Positions 38,932 through 49,879 are shown, counted from the stretch's first letter. The stretch: 64,000 bases of DNA from Vulcanimicrobiota bacterium (GCA_050250895.1 JBFWNU010000009.1:239247-303246); one strand, 5' to 3'. A program made the numbers and translations. Notes: generated by a model not told the origin, from the letters alone.

Positions 38932-40356
38932 ATGGATGTCTGGAGAGGCCTTCAGGCTGTCCGGCAACGAAAATGGTTGTTCGCGCTCCTGGCCATTGTC
39001 ACTCTCGCAGCCACGATTCTGGTGCCGCGGGCAGGCCTTGAAATTGAGTATGCTTCGACAGCCAAACTACTTCTGACGCCTCCGAGTGCAGCCCAAACCG
39101 GTGGCCGTGCAGGTGGCGCAGCGCAACCGCTCTGGTTTGCCGAGGCAGCCACCCTCAACGAACTCATTACCAGCGAGAGGCTTTTGGGTCGCGTGGTCGA
39201 GTCTTTGAAACTACCGTATGAGTGGACAGGACTCAAGGATTCGGTGAGCCTCGATACCCTGGGTGGATCGCGGAATCCCTTCTACCGCGGTGGGACTGTC
39301 ACTATCTTTTCGGTAACCGTCCGAGCCGCGGATCCAGAATCGGCCCAAAAAATCGCCTCGGCTTTGGTCGATGAGTTCGTCCGTTACGTGGCGGAACTGT
39401 CTGCCGAGGAGTATGCCAACACGAGACGATTTCTCGAAGAATTGGTGGCCGAAACCCGCGAAAACGTAGAAGCCACCGAGGACAAGTTGTTAGCCATTAC
39501 CGCCGCCAAAGAGGGTGCCCAGGACGAATCTGCGCGAGAGGCTCGGCGCGAACTTGAGGCCGAGCGCATGAAACTCAAGGAAGAGGTCTCTGTTCTTCAG
39601 ACGGAACTGTCGGTAATCCAAGATTTTCTCAGTGGCACGATTACTAGCCCGCCCTGGTCAGTCATCAGCCAGGACAACGCGATGCTAAAGAACCTCGAGG
39701 GAGCGGTCTCAGAGAACCGCCTCAAGCTCTTGGAACTTGAAGAGGTCTATACGCCGCAGAGCAAGCAAGTCGTCGAGCAACGTCAGAAGTTGCAGAAGGT
39801 AGAAGAACTCTACCGCGATCACCTCGATTCGACGGTCTCGTCACTTGCCAGCCAGAAGAGCACGGCGCTTCAAGAGAAACAGGCCGCCCTGAGCCGGATC
39901 ACCTCGCAACTTATAGCCCTGTCGAAACAGCAACTCACCTTGGAGGAGAAACGAGAAGTCGCGAAACTCGAGCGCGAACTGTCAATGTGGGAAGAGAGCC
40001 ATCTATCGCTGGTTCAACAACTCTACCAGGCTCGCGTCGTGGAACAAAGCAGCCGTCGCCAGGGCGCGATCTCGGTAATGGAAAAACCCTCCCCTGGGGT
40101 GCCGGCCAAAGACAAGAAGGGCCCGAGCCTGCTCATGTCACTGGCCGTGGGACTGCCGTTCAGTGTCGTATTCAGCCTTGGCGTGGTGCTCTTGCTAGAG
40201 TTCCTCAACTCTAGCCTGAGGGTGTTGCCGCGAATTGAAGAATCATTGCAACTACCGGTGCTTGCCATCATTCCGACGGTACCGGAAGAACTTGCCGCGG
40301 AATGGGAGGAGATCAAACTTGGGCGCCTTAAAATCGACGACCAGGAACCGTCATAA
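38932..40356 (+). CDS. Wzz/GumC-type polysaccharide co-polymerase (kinase activator)
   Basis: N- and C-terminal TM segments flanking a coiled coil; C-terminal LPVLAIIP; GGAGG RBS. Confidence 0.85.
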   Translation: MDVWRGLQAVRQRKWLFALLAIVTLAATILVPRAGLEIEYASTAKLLLTPPSAAQTGGRAGGAAQPLWFAEAATLNELITSERLLGRVVESLKLPYEWTGLKDSVSLDTLGGSRNPFYRGGTVTIFSVTVRAADPESAQKIASALVDEFVRYVAELSAEEYANTRRFLEELVAETRENVEATEDKLLAITAAKEGAQDESAREARRELEAERMKLKEEVSVLQTELSVIQDFLSGTITSPPWSVISQDNAMLKNLEGAVSENRLKLLELEEVYTPQSKQVVEQRQKLQKVEELYRDHLDSTVSSLASQKSTALQEKQAALSRITSQLIALSKQQLTLEEKREVAKLERELSMWEESHLSLVQQLYQARVVEQSSRRQGAISVMEKPSPGVPAKDKKGPSLLMSLAVGLPFSVVFSLGVVLLLEFLNSSLRVLPRIEESLQLPVLAIIPTVPEELAAEWEEIKLGRLKIDDQEPS

Positions 40357-40523
40357 TTCCCGTTTGTGGAACCGAGGACAGGCTGGTGAACGAGTTGCTT
40401 CAAGGGTGTAGACCTCTCTACAAGTCCAACCGTTGTCCATACGCTTCCTTCCACCGATCGACATCATTAGGGGCGGAACGTCGCGCGAAAGACAGATGCC
40501 GAATCTCGGAGGGCTAAAACGGA

Positions 40524-41741
40524 GTGGCTGACCTCTTTGGCTGGCTATTACTGGTCCTGAGCTTCCCCCTGGTATGGTTATCTTCCCACACGAGGGAGAA
40601 TAGCCGTTGGCTATTCTTGAGTTGGGCGACCCTCGGTGCCCACCACCTGGTCGCGCTAACGAATTGCTTCGTATTCGACGTGCCAGGGCAAGCCGGGGAT
40701 GCTCGCAGATTTCATTACTTTGCCGTTCACTGGGAAGTCCCTAGTTCCATGCATACCATGTCCTACACGAAGTTTCTAGGGACAGTGTATCAAACGCTCG
40801 GCGAGTCGCTCCTCCTCGGGCATGAACTCTCCATTCTCGCATATTGCTGCTCGTTGGTCGTATTTATAGACCTCGTGGTCATGCTAGAGCACCAACGAAG
40901 GATGGAATGCCTTATTCTCTGTTTCGGCTTGTTGCCAGGTGCTCTTTTTTACAGTTCATTGATCTTGCGCGAGGGTTTCCAATCGCTCTTCTTTCTTCTC
41001 GCCCTTCAGCAAATTGTTCGGCTCCGCCTGGGGAGAGCACCCGTTCTTCACGCCGTAGTGTTAGTCGGCTCATTGGCAGTATTGTCCGGTTTGCACCCGG
41101 CCCTTCCAGCGATCAGTGCGCTCCTGCTGGCGTTCGGTCTTCCCTGGGCTTTCGGCTCGCGCAAGGAGCTTCTCCTGATCTTGACCATCGGCTTGCTGGG
41201 TATCACCCCTCTCATCGCCCCGCCCCTCCTCCAGGCGGGAATGGAGCAGGACAACCAGGTCACGCGCCTATTGAACGGGGGAACCGATGTCATTGAAACC
41301 TATCGAGAACTAGGAAACGACGGAAGAACGAACTACTCCGTCTCTCTTGACCTATCGTCTCCGGGAGCGATTTTCCTCAGCATACCAGCAGTGGTCTTGG
41401 CTTACATGTTCATGCCCATGCCGTGGAATATCAGCTCTCCACTCGACGTTTACGCTTTCCTCGAGGGTGTTCTGCGAGGCCTGTTGTTGTTCGGAGCGTT
41501 TACAGAGCTAAGGGGTGCACATGAACGTAGGGATGCCCGGCTCTTTGTATTTCTAGCAGGGCTCGCCCTCGAGTGTCTCTGGGCCTTCGGCACGTTCAAT
41601 TGGGGTCAAGCCCTGCGCCACCACGTGGTGGCCCTGGGGCCGTTGCTGCTGGGGGGGCTTCCCCCGGTTCTACCACAAGGCAGCTCAGAAGCGCCAGCGC
41701 TAACTCAAAGACGGGCCCGGCGACTCGCTCAGAGTGGATAG
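40524..41741 (+). CDS. Polytopic membrane protein, putative Wzy-like polymerase (paralog B)
   Basis: Shares D.RRFHY.A.HWEV, MPW..SSPLDVYA and GTFNWGQ.LRHHVVA with 35704..36939. Confidence 0.6.
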   Translation: MADLFGWLLLVLSFPLVWLSSHTRENSRWLFLSWATLGAHHLVALTNCFVFDVPGQAGDARRFHYFAVHWEVPSSMHTMSYTKFLGTVYQTLGESLLLGHELSILAYCCSLVVFIDLVVMLEHQRRMECLILCFGLLPGALFYSSLILREGFQSLFFLLALQQIVRLRLGRAPVLHAVVLVGSLAVLSGLHPALPAISALLLAFGLPWAFGSRKELLLILTIGLLGITPLIAPPLLQAGMEQDNQVTRLLNGGTDVIETYRELGNDGRTNYSVSLDLSSPGAIFLSIPAVVLAYMFMPMPWNISSPLDVYAFLEGVLRGLLLFGAFTELRGAHERRDARLFVFLAGLALECLWAFGTFNWGQALRHHVVALGPLLLGGLPPVLPQGSSEAPALTQRRARRLAQSG

Positions 41742-41887
41742 GAAACACCGGCTTGGCTTTCATTATTCCGGTTGACAGCCGCGATTTTTTCTTGCAGCGA
41801 GGCAACCCTGTCAGTAAGCCTAATTTAGACCGGCACGAATTGCCGAAGGCTGAAGGTGTCTTTCCCTTCTCGATAAAAGAGGCCCGC

Positions 41888-43000
41888 ATGAACGTGGTTA
41901 GCGAAATTGTTCAGCGCGACCTTGGCGAAATCTCGCAAAACGCTGAACGTGAATTAGAAACACTGGCCGGCAAGAAGGTTCTCTTGACCGGCGGAGCCGG
42001 GTTCCTCGGCTACTACCTCGTTAAGGCGATTCTGCACTTCAATCAGAAGGTCCCAAGACAGGACGCAATCCAACTCCATGTCTGGGACAACTTCATACGA
42101 GGGATTCCTAGCTGGCTTAATAGCCACAAGGAAGATGCGAACCTCACTCTGGTGGAGAGGAACATCATCGAGCCGCTTTCGTCACACGTGGCCGATTTTT
42201 CTTTCATCATCCATGCCGCTTCCATCGCATCTCCAACATACTACCGCAAATTCCCTATCGAGACGATGGACGCCAACGTGACGGGGCTTCGAAATCTGCT
42301 GGACTTCTGTTTGGCCCGTAAATCCCACAAAACACCTGTCGAAGGCCTGCTCTTCTTCTCCAGCAGCGAGATCTACGGAGATCCGGAGCCAGAGCACATC
42401 CCAACCCCAGAGCACTATTGGGGCCGGGTAAGCTGCACCGGCCCGAGAGCCTGCTATGATGAGTCAAAGCGTTTTGGTGAAACCCTGTGTGTGAACTTCG
42501 CTCATCAGCACGGGTTGCCGATAAAGATAGCTCGACCTTTTAACAACTACGGCCCCGGATTGAAAATCACCGACCGTCGAGTGCTTCCAGACTTTGCTCG
42601 AAACATCGTCCAGAACGAGGATATCGTCATCCTGTCAGATGGCTCGCCTACCCGCACTTTCTGCTATGTTTCGGATGCGATAGTCGGCTACCTGAAGGTC
42701 CTCGTCCGTGGTGGTGACGGCGAGGCATATAACATCGGGACGGAGCGACCCGAAGTCTCAATCGCGGATCTAGCTCACAAACTCGTGGCCCTAGGTAGAG
42801 AGCTTTGTTCATATACGGGGACAGTGAGGTTCGGGACGAGCGACGACCGTCAATATTTAATCGACAACCCAAATCGTCGTTGTCCCGTCATTGCCAAGGC
42901 GCGAGAGCAACTGGGCTATTCGCCCCAAGTCGACATCGATGATGGGTTGCGAAGAACACTTCTATGGTATCTCGAAAACCTGGAGGCAACAGAAGCTTAA
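41888..43000 (+). CDS. NAD-dependent epimerase/dehydratase (UDP-glucuronate decarboxylase-like)
   Basis: TGGAGFLG, HAASIASP, GPRACYDESKR, RPFNNYGP. Confidence 0.9.
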   Translation: MNVVSEIVQRDLGEISQNAERELETLAGKKVLLTGGAGFLGYYLVKAILHFNQKVPRQDAIQLHVWDNFIRGIPSWLNSHKEDANLTLVERNIIEPLSSHVADFSFIIHAASIASPTYYRKFPIETMDANVTGLRNLLDFCLARKSHKTPVEGLLFFSSSEIYGDPEPEHIPTPEHYWGRVSCTGPRACYDESKRFGETLCVNFAHQHGLPIKIARPFNNYGPGLKITDRRVLPDFARNIVQNEDIVILSDGSPTRTFCYVSDAIVGYLKVLVRGGDGEAYNIGTERPEVSIADLAHKLVALGRELCSYTGTVRFGTSDDRQYLIDNPNRRCPVIAKAREQLGYSPQVDIDDGLRRTLLWYLENLEATEA

Positions 43001-44334
43001 TGAACATCTCAATCATTGGAACTGGTTACGTAGGACTCGTATCCGGCGTTTGCCTGGCCTCTAGAGGTCACCAGGTTGCCTGCGTGGACATCGACGACAG
43101 TAAGATCCAACGGATAAACAACGGTGATCCGCCGATTCATGAAGACGGCCTCGAAGAGCTGTTGAGACAAACGTTGGGCAACAACAACCTCAAGGCAACC
43201 ACTCAGCTCGATAAAGCGGTCCACGAGAGCGATGTCTCGATCATAGCCGTAGGCACTCCGTTTGACGGCCAGGCTATCGACCTGTCCGTTATTCGGCAGG
43301 TTAGTCGCAACCTCGGCAGAGCTCTCGCCAGCAAGACGGGCTATCATGTGGTGGCCGTCAAGAGCACGGTGGTTCCAGGGACGACCGAGGAAGTTGTTCT
43401 GCCCATTCTCGAAGAGGCATCCGGAAAACTTGCCGGACGTGATTTTGGCGTAGGAATGAATCCTGAGTTCTTGCGAGAAGGCGTTGCTGTTAAAGATTTT
43501 CTTGACCCCGATCGCGTCGTAATAGGCGGCATCGACGCAAGAACTCAGACCGTCCTCGCCGAACTGTACTCGGTCTTTCCGGGGGTCGATATTGTCAAGA
43601 CCACCACAAGAACCGCTGAGATGATCAAGTACGCCACTAACAGCCTGCTGGCCACCCTAATTTCGTTCAGCAATGAACTGGCGAACCTTTCCAGCAGCGT
43701 AGGGGGGATCGACATCGCTGACGTCATGAAAGGGTTACATCTCGACCGACGGTTGAACCCAATTAGTAGTGACCGTTCGCGGACATCCCCCGGCATCTTA
43801 TCCTATCTCAAGCCCGGCTGTGGTTTCGGTGGCAGCTGCTTTCCCAAGGATGTCAAAGCGCTCATAGCCCATGGTCAAAGGGTAGGCCAACCGATGTCCA
43901 TTCTCCAATCCGTGATCGACACTAACGAAAAGCAGCCATTGAAAATGCTCGATCTCCTGAAGAAACACCACCGTGACCTCAGGGACCTTAACGTGGCGGT
44001 CCTGGGACTGGCCTTCAAGCCCGGCACAGATGACATCAGGGAGTCCCCCGCGATCCCGATTCTGCGGGAGCTTCTCGGGGGGGGCGCGAAGGTCAAAGCC
44101 TTCGACCCGGTGGCCGCCCCCGCTATGGAAGAACTATTTTCCGGAGAGTCCATGTCCTATCACAGTCAGCTTGACGAGACGATTGATGGGGTCCAAGCTG
44201 TGCTTGTCGTCACGAGTTGGCCAGAGTTCTCCGATTTGCCTCTCAGGCTGTCGGCTGACACCCTACTCATTGACGGCAGGGGGATTTTCGAGAAGGCCTC
44301 TGTTCGCAGATACGAAGGAATCGGTATCGCGTGA
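43000..44334 (+). CDS. UDP-glucose/GDP-mannose dehydrogenase family
   Basis: GTGYVG, NPEFLREG, GFGGSCFPKD, GLAFKPGTDDIRES. Confidence 0.93.
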   Translation: MNISIIGTGYVGLVSGVCLASRGHQVACVDIDDSKIQRINNGDPPIHEDGLEELLRQTLGNNNLKATTQLDKAVHESDVSIIAVGTPFDGQAIDLSVIRQVSRNLGRALASKTGYHVVAVKSTVVPGTTEEVVLPILEEASGKLAGRDFGVGMNPEFLREGVAVKDFLDPDRVVIGGIDARTQTVLAELYSVFPGVDIVKTTTRTAEMIKYATNSLLATLISFSNELANLSSSVGGIDIADVMKGLHLDRRLNPISSDRSRTSPGILSYLKPGCGFGGSCFPKDVKALIAHGQRVGQPMSILQSVIDTNEKQPLKMLDLLKKHHRDLRDLNVAVLGLAFKPGTDDIRESPAIPILRELLGGGAKVKAFDPVAAPAMEELFSGESMSYHSQLDETIDGVQAVLVVTSWPEFSDLPLRLSADTLLIDGRGIFEKASVRRYEGIGIA

Positions 44335-44553
44335 CCGGTCTGGTAGTATACTCAGCGGACCTTTTGGCCTCGAGTAGAGGTTTATATTTTTAGAGAGATG
44401 TGCATGAGGGACATCAAGACATTGAAGAAGCGCTTCACCTGAAACCGTCAGCCGCTCAACGCCAGATGCTCTTTTGAGTACGGAAGTGGGCGTTGCCATT
44501 TTCGCAGGTTTCACCCTAAGGTGCATCATAGCGCCTCTAAGGAAAGGCTACGA

Positions 44554-45498
44554 ATGAGTAGGGACAAAATACTTGTAACCGGAGCATCTGGTCTTATCGG
44601 AAGTGCGCTAGTCAAACTTCTTGTGGAGCAAAAACGAGACGTACTTCCTACCGCGCGGCGAAGCATTGGTTTGCTAACGCAAGAATTTGGCGTCGCCTGT
44701 TCCGAACTGGATGTCATGCGGGACCTGCCAGACCTTAAGGGCATCGAAACGATCGTCCACTGCGCCACTCCGAACAACATCCAATCTCAGGAAGAGGATG
44801 GTGGCCTACCGCTTGCCGTCATGGGGACACATAGATTGCTCAAAAAGGCCGCCATGGAGGGCGTCAAGCGTGTGGTGTATCTTTCGACGATTCAAGTCTA
44901 TGGCACCGAGTTGCGCGGAGACATTGATGAAACGACTCCCGTTAACTGCGAGACGGTTTACGGACTCAATCACTTCCTAGGGGAGGAAGTATGTCGCCAC
45001 ATTGCGCAGACATCCGGGCTCGACATCGTCGCGCTACGACCGTCAAACGTGTACGGCGTGCCGAGCGTCTCGACGGTTGACCGAAGCACGCTTGTACCGA
45101 CATGTTTCGTCAATGAAGCCTTCGTCACCGGGAAAATACGGCTGCACTCGTCAGGACGACAAATGCGCAATTTTATCTCAACGGACGAACTCGCCCTAGC
45201 AATTGCCCAGTTGATAGATAATTTTCCGCGAGGCTATACCGTGGTCAATGCCGCTTCTCTCTGGGGTGCACGCATCTGCGATATCGCCGAGATGGTCGGC
45301 CATACCTGGCAGGTTCTGAGGGAAAGTCCGTTAGAAATTCAGGTGCTATCAGACAAGCCGGAGGACCCGGGAGAATTTACCTTTACATCTCGTCATCTTT
45401 CGCCAACGCTCTCGAAAGAGGCTTCTCGGCGACGCATGACGGAGGTGATTACCTGTTTAATAGAAACCAAATCAGGCATCAAGGTGAGATCAGCATGA
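44554..45498 (+). CDS. NAD-dependent epimerase/reductase (atypical SDR)
   Basis: TGASGLIG, YGLNH, LRPSNVYG. Confidence 0.85.
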   Translation: MSRDKILVTGASGLIGSALVKLLVEQKRDVLPTARRSIGLLTQEFGVACSELDVMRDLPDLKGIETIVHCATPNNIQSQEEDGGLPLAVMGTHRLLKKAAMEGVKRVVYLSTIQVYGTELRGDIDETTPVNCETVYGLNHFLGEEVCRHIAQTSGLDIVALRPSNVYGVPSVSTVDRSTLVPTCFVNEAFVTGKIRLHSSGRQMRNFISTDELALAIAQLIDNFPRGYTVVNAASLWGARICDIAEMVGHTWQVLRESPLEIQVLSDKPEDPGEFTFTSRHLSPTLSKEASRRRMTEVITCLIETKSGIKVRSA

Positions 45499-46238
45499 CA
45501 ATGAATCCTATCAAGCAATTCTTTAGTGAGCGCCAGGCCGACATTGTGGAAATGGGCAAGGACGCGGAACTTCGGCGAAAATCCATAGATTGGATGCATC
45601 ACGCTGACCGTTACAAGTATACATATAACTACACCTGGATGGGGCGTCCAATCATCAAGTTTCCTAATGACATGCTGATCCAGCAGGAGTTGATGTGGAA
45701 GCTCAAGCCTGACCTGGTGATTGAAACTGGAATTGCCCATGGCGGCTCTATTATCTTCACGGCTTCCATGATGGAGATGATGGGCATCGACGGTGAGGTC
45801 GTCGGCGTCGATATTGATATCCGCCAGCATAACCGTGACGCGATTGAAGCACACCCCATGATGAAAAGGATTACCATGTATGAAGGCGATTCTGTCGCAC
45901 CAGACATGGTGGAGAAGGTGCGTCGCCATACGGAAAACAAGAAATGCATCATGGTGATTCTCGATTCATTGCACTCGCATCGGCATGTTCACAAAGAATT
46001 GCATGCCTATGCAGAGATGACCTCGGTGGGTAGCTACTGCATACTGCCTGACACCTTCATCGAATTTTTCCCTAAGGGCTATTATGCGGATAGCAGACCG
46101 TGGGATGTCGGGGATAATCCTTACACTGCTATGCAGCAATACCTCTCAGAGGTGGATTTCTTCGAAATCGACAAGAATCTGACCCATAAGGCGATGATTA
46201 CCGAGACTATCGATGGTTACCTGAAACGAGTCCGCTGA
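45495..46238 (+). CDS. CmcI (cephalosporin hydroxylase)-family methyltransferase
   Basis: YNYTWMGRPIIK, KPDLVIETGIAHGGS, ILDSLHSH. Confidence 0.9.
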   Translation: MTMNPIKQFFSERQADIVEMGKDAELRRKSIDWMHHADRYKYTYNYTWMGRPIIKFPNDMLIQQELMWKLKPDLVIETGIAHGGSIIFTASMMEMMGIDGEVVGVDIDIRQHNRDAIEAHPMMKRITMYEGDSVAPDMVEKVRRHTENKKCIMVILDSLHSHRHVHKELHAYAEMTSVGSYCILPDTFIEFFPKGYYADSRPWDVGDNPYTAMQQYLSEVDFFEIDKNLTHKAMITETIDGYLKRVR

Positions 46239-46240
46239 CG

Positions 46241-46768
46241 ATGACGCTCAAGATAGCTGATACTGCGCAGATTTCCAGTCTTGCTCACATTGAAGCCTCA
46301 CAAAGAGGTACGCTGATCGAAATTGAAGATCACGTTTATATCGATTCTTTCGTTCGCATCCGGCCCGTCGGTGGGGATGGCCCTGTACGCATAGGCAAGA
46401 ACAGCTTTATTAACGCCGGAACAGTAATTTTTTCTGGCAACGGTGTTCAGATTGGGGAATGGGTACTGATCGCGCCGAATTGCACCCTCGCTCCAACCAA
46501 CCACGCATTCAAGTCGCGCAGTCAAACGATCCGCCATCAAGGTTTTTTGCCCAGCAAAGGCGGCATAGTCATAGAGCGAGACGTCTGGGTGGGAGCGGGC
46601 TGCATCCTTCTTGACGGTACGATCTTGCGCGAAGGCTGCATCATTGGAGCAGGGTCAGTGGTGCGTGGCGAGGTCGAGGCATTCTCGATTCAGGCGGGCA
46701 ATCCGTTACGGAAGATCGGCATGCGGGGGGAAGAACCGTTTGATGGAAGTGATGAAGACAGAAAATAG
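46241..46768 (+). CDS. Hexapeptide-repeat acyltransferase
   Basis: Left-handed beta-helix repeats, IERDVWVGAG, AGNP. Confidence 0.88.
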   Translation: MTLKIADTAQISSLAHIEASQRGTLIEIEDHVYIDSFVRIRPVGGDGPVRIGKNSFINAGTVIFSGNGVQIGEWVLIAPNCTLAPTNHAFKSRSQTIRHQGFLPSKGGIVIERDVWVGAGCILLDGTILREGCIIGAGSVVRGEVEAFSIQAGNPLRKIGMRGEEPFDGSDEDRK

Positions 46769-48053
46769 ACCCCAGGCTCAAGGGGCTGAGTCGCTTGAGG
46801 AATTTATTACGACGTTCAACCTACTGGAGGCGGAAGCAGACCTATTTTCGCGGTGCAAAGACACAAGGGCATTCCGCTGGTGGGACATCGTCAGATACAC
46901 CGTTCAGTTTGCCGTGGCAACGGAGAAGAACCTTATTGGGGCAAGAAAAGAAACCCCCCCCACCAAATCTCAACGTCTTCGTAGCTTGGCAAGACACATT
47001 GCAGGGCTCGGCAAGTTCATTCAATCCTTCGTCTCACTTAAATCAGGAAAAATCGATACTCTCTACGTATCCACCCGTTCGCTTCAAGCAGCTTCCGCGC
47101 CGTTCCTAGAGAAAGCGACGTGTATCCTGTACGTCAACAAAACAGGTACCACGGACTCGCCCCATCAGGCGCTGTCAAAATTGACGATAGACTTTCTGCT
47201 TCGGTGTATCGTTCCACTGTTTCGCGTGCCTCCAGAAGTTGCTTTGGAAGCGTCAAGGATTTCGGCCGCCATCAGAGACCGATTCGATGTGCAGGCCGAC
47301 TTGTCAAACCCCATGCTTTACAAATACAGGCAAGCGCGCGCAAGTCTCTGGATGTGGGGGGTCATCCTGAATCGTTTACCGGCGCTCAAGCGCATTCTCT
47401 TCGTCAATGATGATACTCTAAAGTCCTTGGTCTCACTGGCACACGGAAAAGGAATCGAGACCATCGAGATTCAGCATGGCTATATGGGGAAGGCCCATTT
47501 TGCTTACAGTTATCCGTCTCTGCCTTCTGGTCTATCGACCTTGCCAGACAAGATTCTAATCACTCGTGACACAGGCGATATCGTCGTTCCAATCCCCAAG
47601 CTCACGGCAAACAAGGCTGAACGTTCTACCTCCGAAGAGCGCCGTCGGGATATCGACATCCTGGTCGGAGGAAGCCCGACACGTTCAGAGGAAATGCGTC
47701 AAATCGTTGAGGCGCTGGCAGAGACTGGTCTTTGCATCGCGGTGAAGCTTCACCCGGCCCAAACGGAGGAATCATCAGGTCTTCGGCCTTTGTTTCCAGC
47801 TGATCTCGTTACAATTTTTGACGGAGGAGAGGATTTTCAGGCCCTGGCGAATCGTTCTCATATATACATTCCCGCAAATCCCACTTCGACCACCGTTTTT
47901 GAAGCCGTCGAAGCCGGTGCCGATTTGATTACGATCAATTACGATGGACAGAAAATCACCAGCATCTGCGACCCAATTGCTACCGCTCAGGTGGACAGCT
48001 TCGACTCGCTGCGTGATACGGTCATCAACCATCTAGAGCGGAGGCTATTGTGA
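46743..48053 (+). CDS. Putative GT-B glycosyltransferase (capsule or nonulosonate transferase-like)
   Basis: IEIQHG and VKLHP motifs, STTVFEA. Confidence 0.55.
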   Translation: MEVMKTENRPQAQGAESLEEFITTFNLLEAEADLFSRCKDTRAFRWWDIVRYTVQFAVATEKNLIGARKETPPTKSQRLRSLARHIAGLGKFIQSFVSLKSGKIDTLYVSTRSLQAASAPFLEKATCILYVNKTGTTDSPHQALSKLTIDFLLRCIVPLFRVPPEVALEASRISAAIRDRFDVQADLSNPMLYKYRQARASLWMWGVILNRLPALKRILFVNDDTLKSLVSLAHGKGIETIEIQHGYMGKAHFAYSYPSLPSGLSTLPDKILITRDTGDIVVPIPKLTANKAERSTSEERRRDIDILVGGSPTRSEEMRQIVEALAETGLCIAVKLHPAQTEESSGLRPLFPADLVTIFDGGEDFQALANRSHIYIPANPTSTTVFEAVEAGADLITINYDGQKITSICDPIATAQVDSFDSLRDTVINHLERRLL

Positions 48054-48973
48054 ATTTCGACTGGAGCCAGACGGCTGATATCGATGAAGACGACGTGGTC
48101 TATCGATCCGTGCCGGAAGGATTTGTGCCTCGCGTGACGGTAGGCATGCCTACTTTCAATCGCGCTGATACCATCAGAAGGGCACTTACATCCCTGGCAC
48201 AGCAGCGGTTTCGTGACTTCGTGCTGGTCATCTCTGATAACGCTGGCCGGGACCCTTTGACGCTGGAAGCCGTCAAAGAGTTTCAGAGCCGTCTACCGGC
48301 TGTCATTTTGGTGGCGCAGGCTGAAAACAAAGGCGCATTGAGCAATTTTCACTACCTTTTGTCCGTGGCCAAGACCGACCTCTTCATGTGGTTGGCCGAT
48401 GATGATGAGATCACAGACAGCTATCTAGAGGATCTGGTTGCATTACTCGACAACGATTCCCGGGCCGTCACAGCGTTTGGATATGGGCGCCTTATGAAAG
48501 GCCCTGAGTTGCAAACACCTCAGCCCCAACATATCGAGAGAAACACTCTTAAGAGGGTTGTTAAGTTTGTCAGCGGTCCAAGTGATGATTTCTTTTTCTA
48601 TGGATTGCATCGCACCGCTGCAATGCGCAGATGTCATTTCCGTGATTTTCTTCCTCCTAACCAGGGGGTGTTGACAAACTGGTGCTATGTATTTTTGTTC
48701 GACATGGTCCTTCAGGGGCCGATAGCCTACGCGCCGAATGCGGGTTGGATATGCCACGGTGATGTCGAGAAGCAATACCACAAAGCCATGGCGCTTGGTA
48801 TGCGCGATCGGCTCAAAACCCTCATTCGCCGGCTCAACGTTTACGGACTTTATTGCGCCAAGGCGTTCAATAAAGATCCCATGCTTTTGCCTCCTGTTTT
48901 CGTTGCCTCTCTGTACGGCTTATTCAGTGACGTGGCTTTGGCGGCGAAGCGAATTCTTGCAAGACTTCGATGA
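48050..48973 (+). CDS. Glycosyltransferase family 2
   Basis: VTVGMPTFNR, ISDNA, WLADDD. Confidence 0.9.
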   Translation: MNFDWSQTADIDEDDVVYRSVPEGFVPRVTVGMPTFNRADTIRRALTSLAQQRFRDFVLVISDNAGRDPLTLEAVKEFQSRLPAVILVAQAENKGALSNFHYLLSVAKTDLFMWLADDDEITDSYLEDLVALLDNDSRAVTAFGYGRLMKGPELQTPQPQHIERNTLKRVVKFVSGPSDDFFFYGLHRTAAMRRCHFRDFLPPNQGVLTNWCYVFLFDMVLQGPIAYAPNAGWICHGDVEKQYHKAMALGMRDRLKTLIRRLNVYGLYCAKAFNKDPMLLPPVFVASLYGLFSDVALAAKRILARLR

Positions 48974-49066
48974 CACGACGAACCGTGAATTCTTCCAACC
49001 GCCCGCCTGGGTGGGACCGAGAAATGCCAAAAGGTCCGAAGCACCGACTGGCGAATCGCTCGAGCG

Positions 49067-49879
49067 ATGACAAAGTCAATCCTGCTCTGTTCTAAGAGTC
49101 ACTACGCCGCCAACATTCTGCTTAGGGCCGCAGCTCTCGGCTGCTCACCAGATTTGGTACTCACCGGAACCAGAAGTGGGGGCCGGGGCAACAGGCTGAA
49201 GGGGTTTCTGGAGATTTTGAAGCGTGGTTTTCGACCGGCTGCAAAGGTGTTGTCAGCGAAGCTCAATCCGCCGCTTATGGAAGGGCTCGCTCCAGAGGTG
49301 CGCTGGGGTGGCGTCTTCAACTCGGAGCAAATGGTCGAAGAGATCAAGGGGTTTAAGCCCGACTTTATTTTCTTGGCCGGTTGTCCCATTATCTCCGAAG
49401 AAATCCTATCACTGGCTCCTTTAGGGGTGTACAACGCTCACCCTGGGCTGTTGCCATGGTGTAGGGGAGTCGGAGTTGTCGAACAGGCAGTGCTGCGAGC
49501 AGTGCCGGTAGGCATCACCATCCACCGAGTGGACCCCGGAATCGATACGGGAGATATCGTCCATCGCGAATTAATACCACTTTCTCCCTCTATCACAGCC
49601 GCAGCTTTACGGGAGCTAACCTACGATATGCAGGCCGGCGCCTTTGCAAGATTCATGTCTAGACTGAGGAAAAGTGGTCAGGCGGCGGCAGCAGCCAAAC
49701 AAACAGAACGCTACAAGATTTGCGGTTGGCCAAGCCCCCAAGAATTGGAAAAGGTCGAACAGATACTAGCCGGAGGTAGCTATCACCGACTCGTGGAGGA
49801 CTGGGTCAAGAGTTCAGGCCGAGTGCTCCCCCTAGAGTTCACCCCTAGTTCTGTTGCAGAGCGGTTCAAGGTTCGTTGA
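49067..49879 (+). CDS. Formyltransferase-family protein
   Basis: NAHPGLLPWCRG, GITIHRVDPGIDTGDI. Confidence 0.88.
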   Translation: MTKSILLCSKSHYAANILLRAAALGCSPDLVLTGTRSGGRGNRLKGFLEILKRGFRPAAKVLSAKLNPPLMEGLAPEVRWGGVFNSEQMVEEIKGFKPDFIFLAGCPIISEEILSLAPLGVYNAHPGLLPWCRGVGVVEQAVLRAVPVGITIHRVDPGIDTGDIVHRELIPLSPSITAAALRELTYDMQAGAFARFMSRLRKSGQAAAAAKQTERYKICGWPSPQELEKVEQILAGGSYHRLVEDWVKSSGRVLPLEFTPSSVAERFKVR

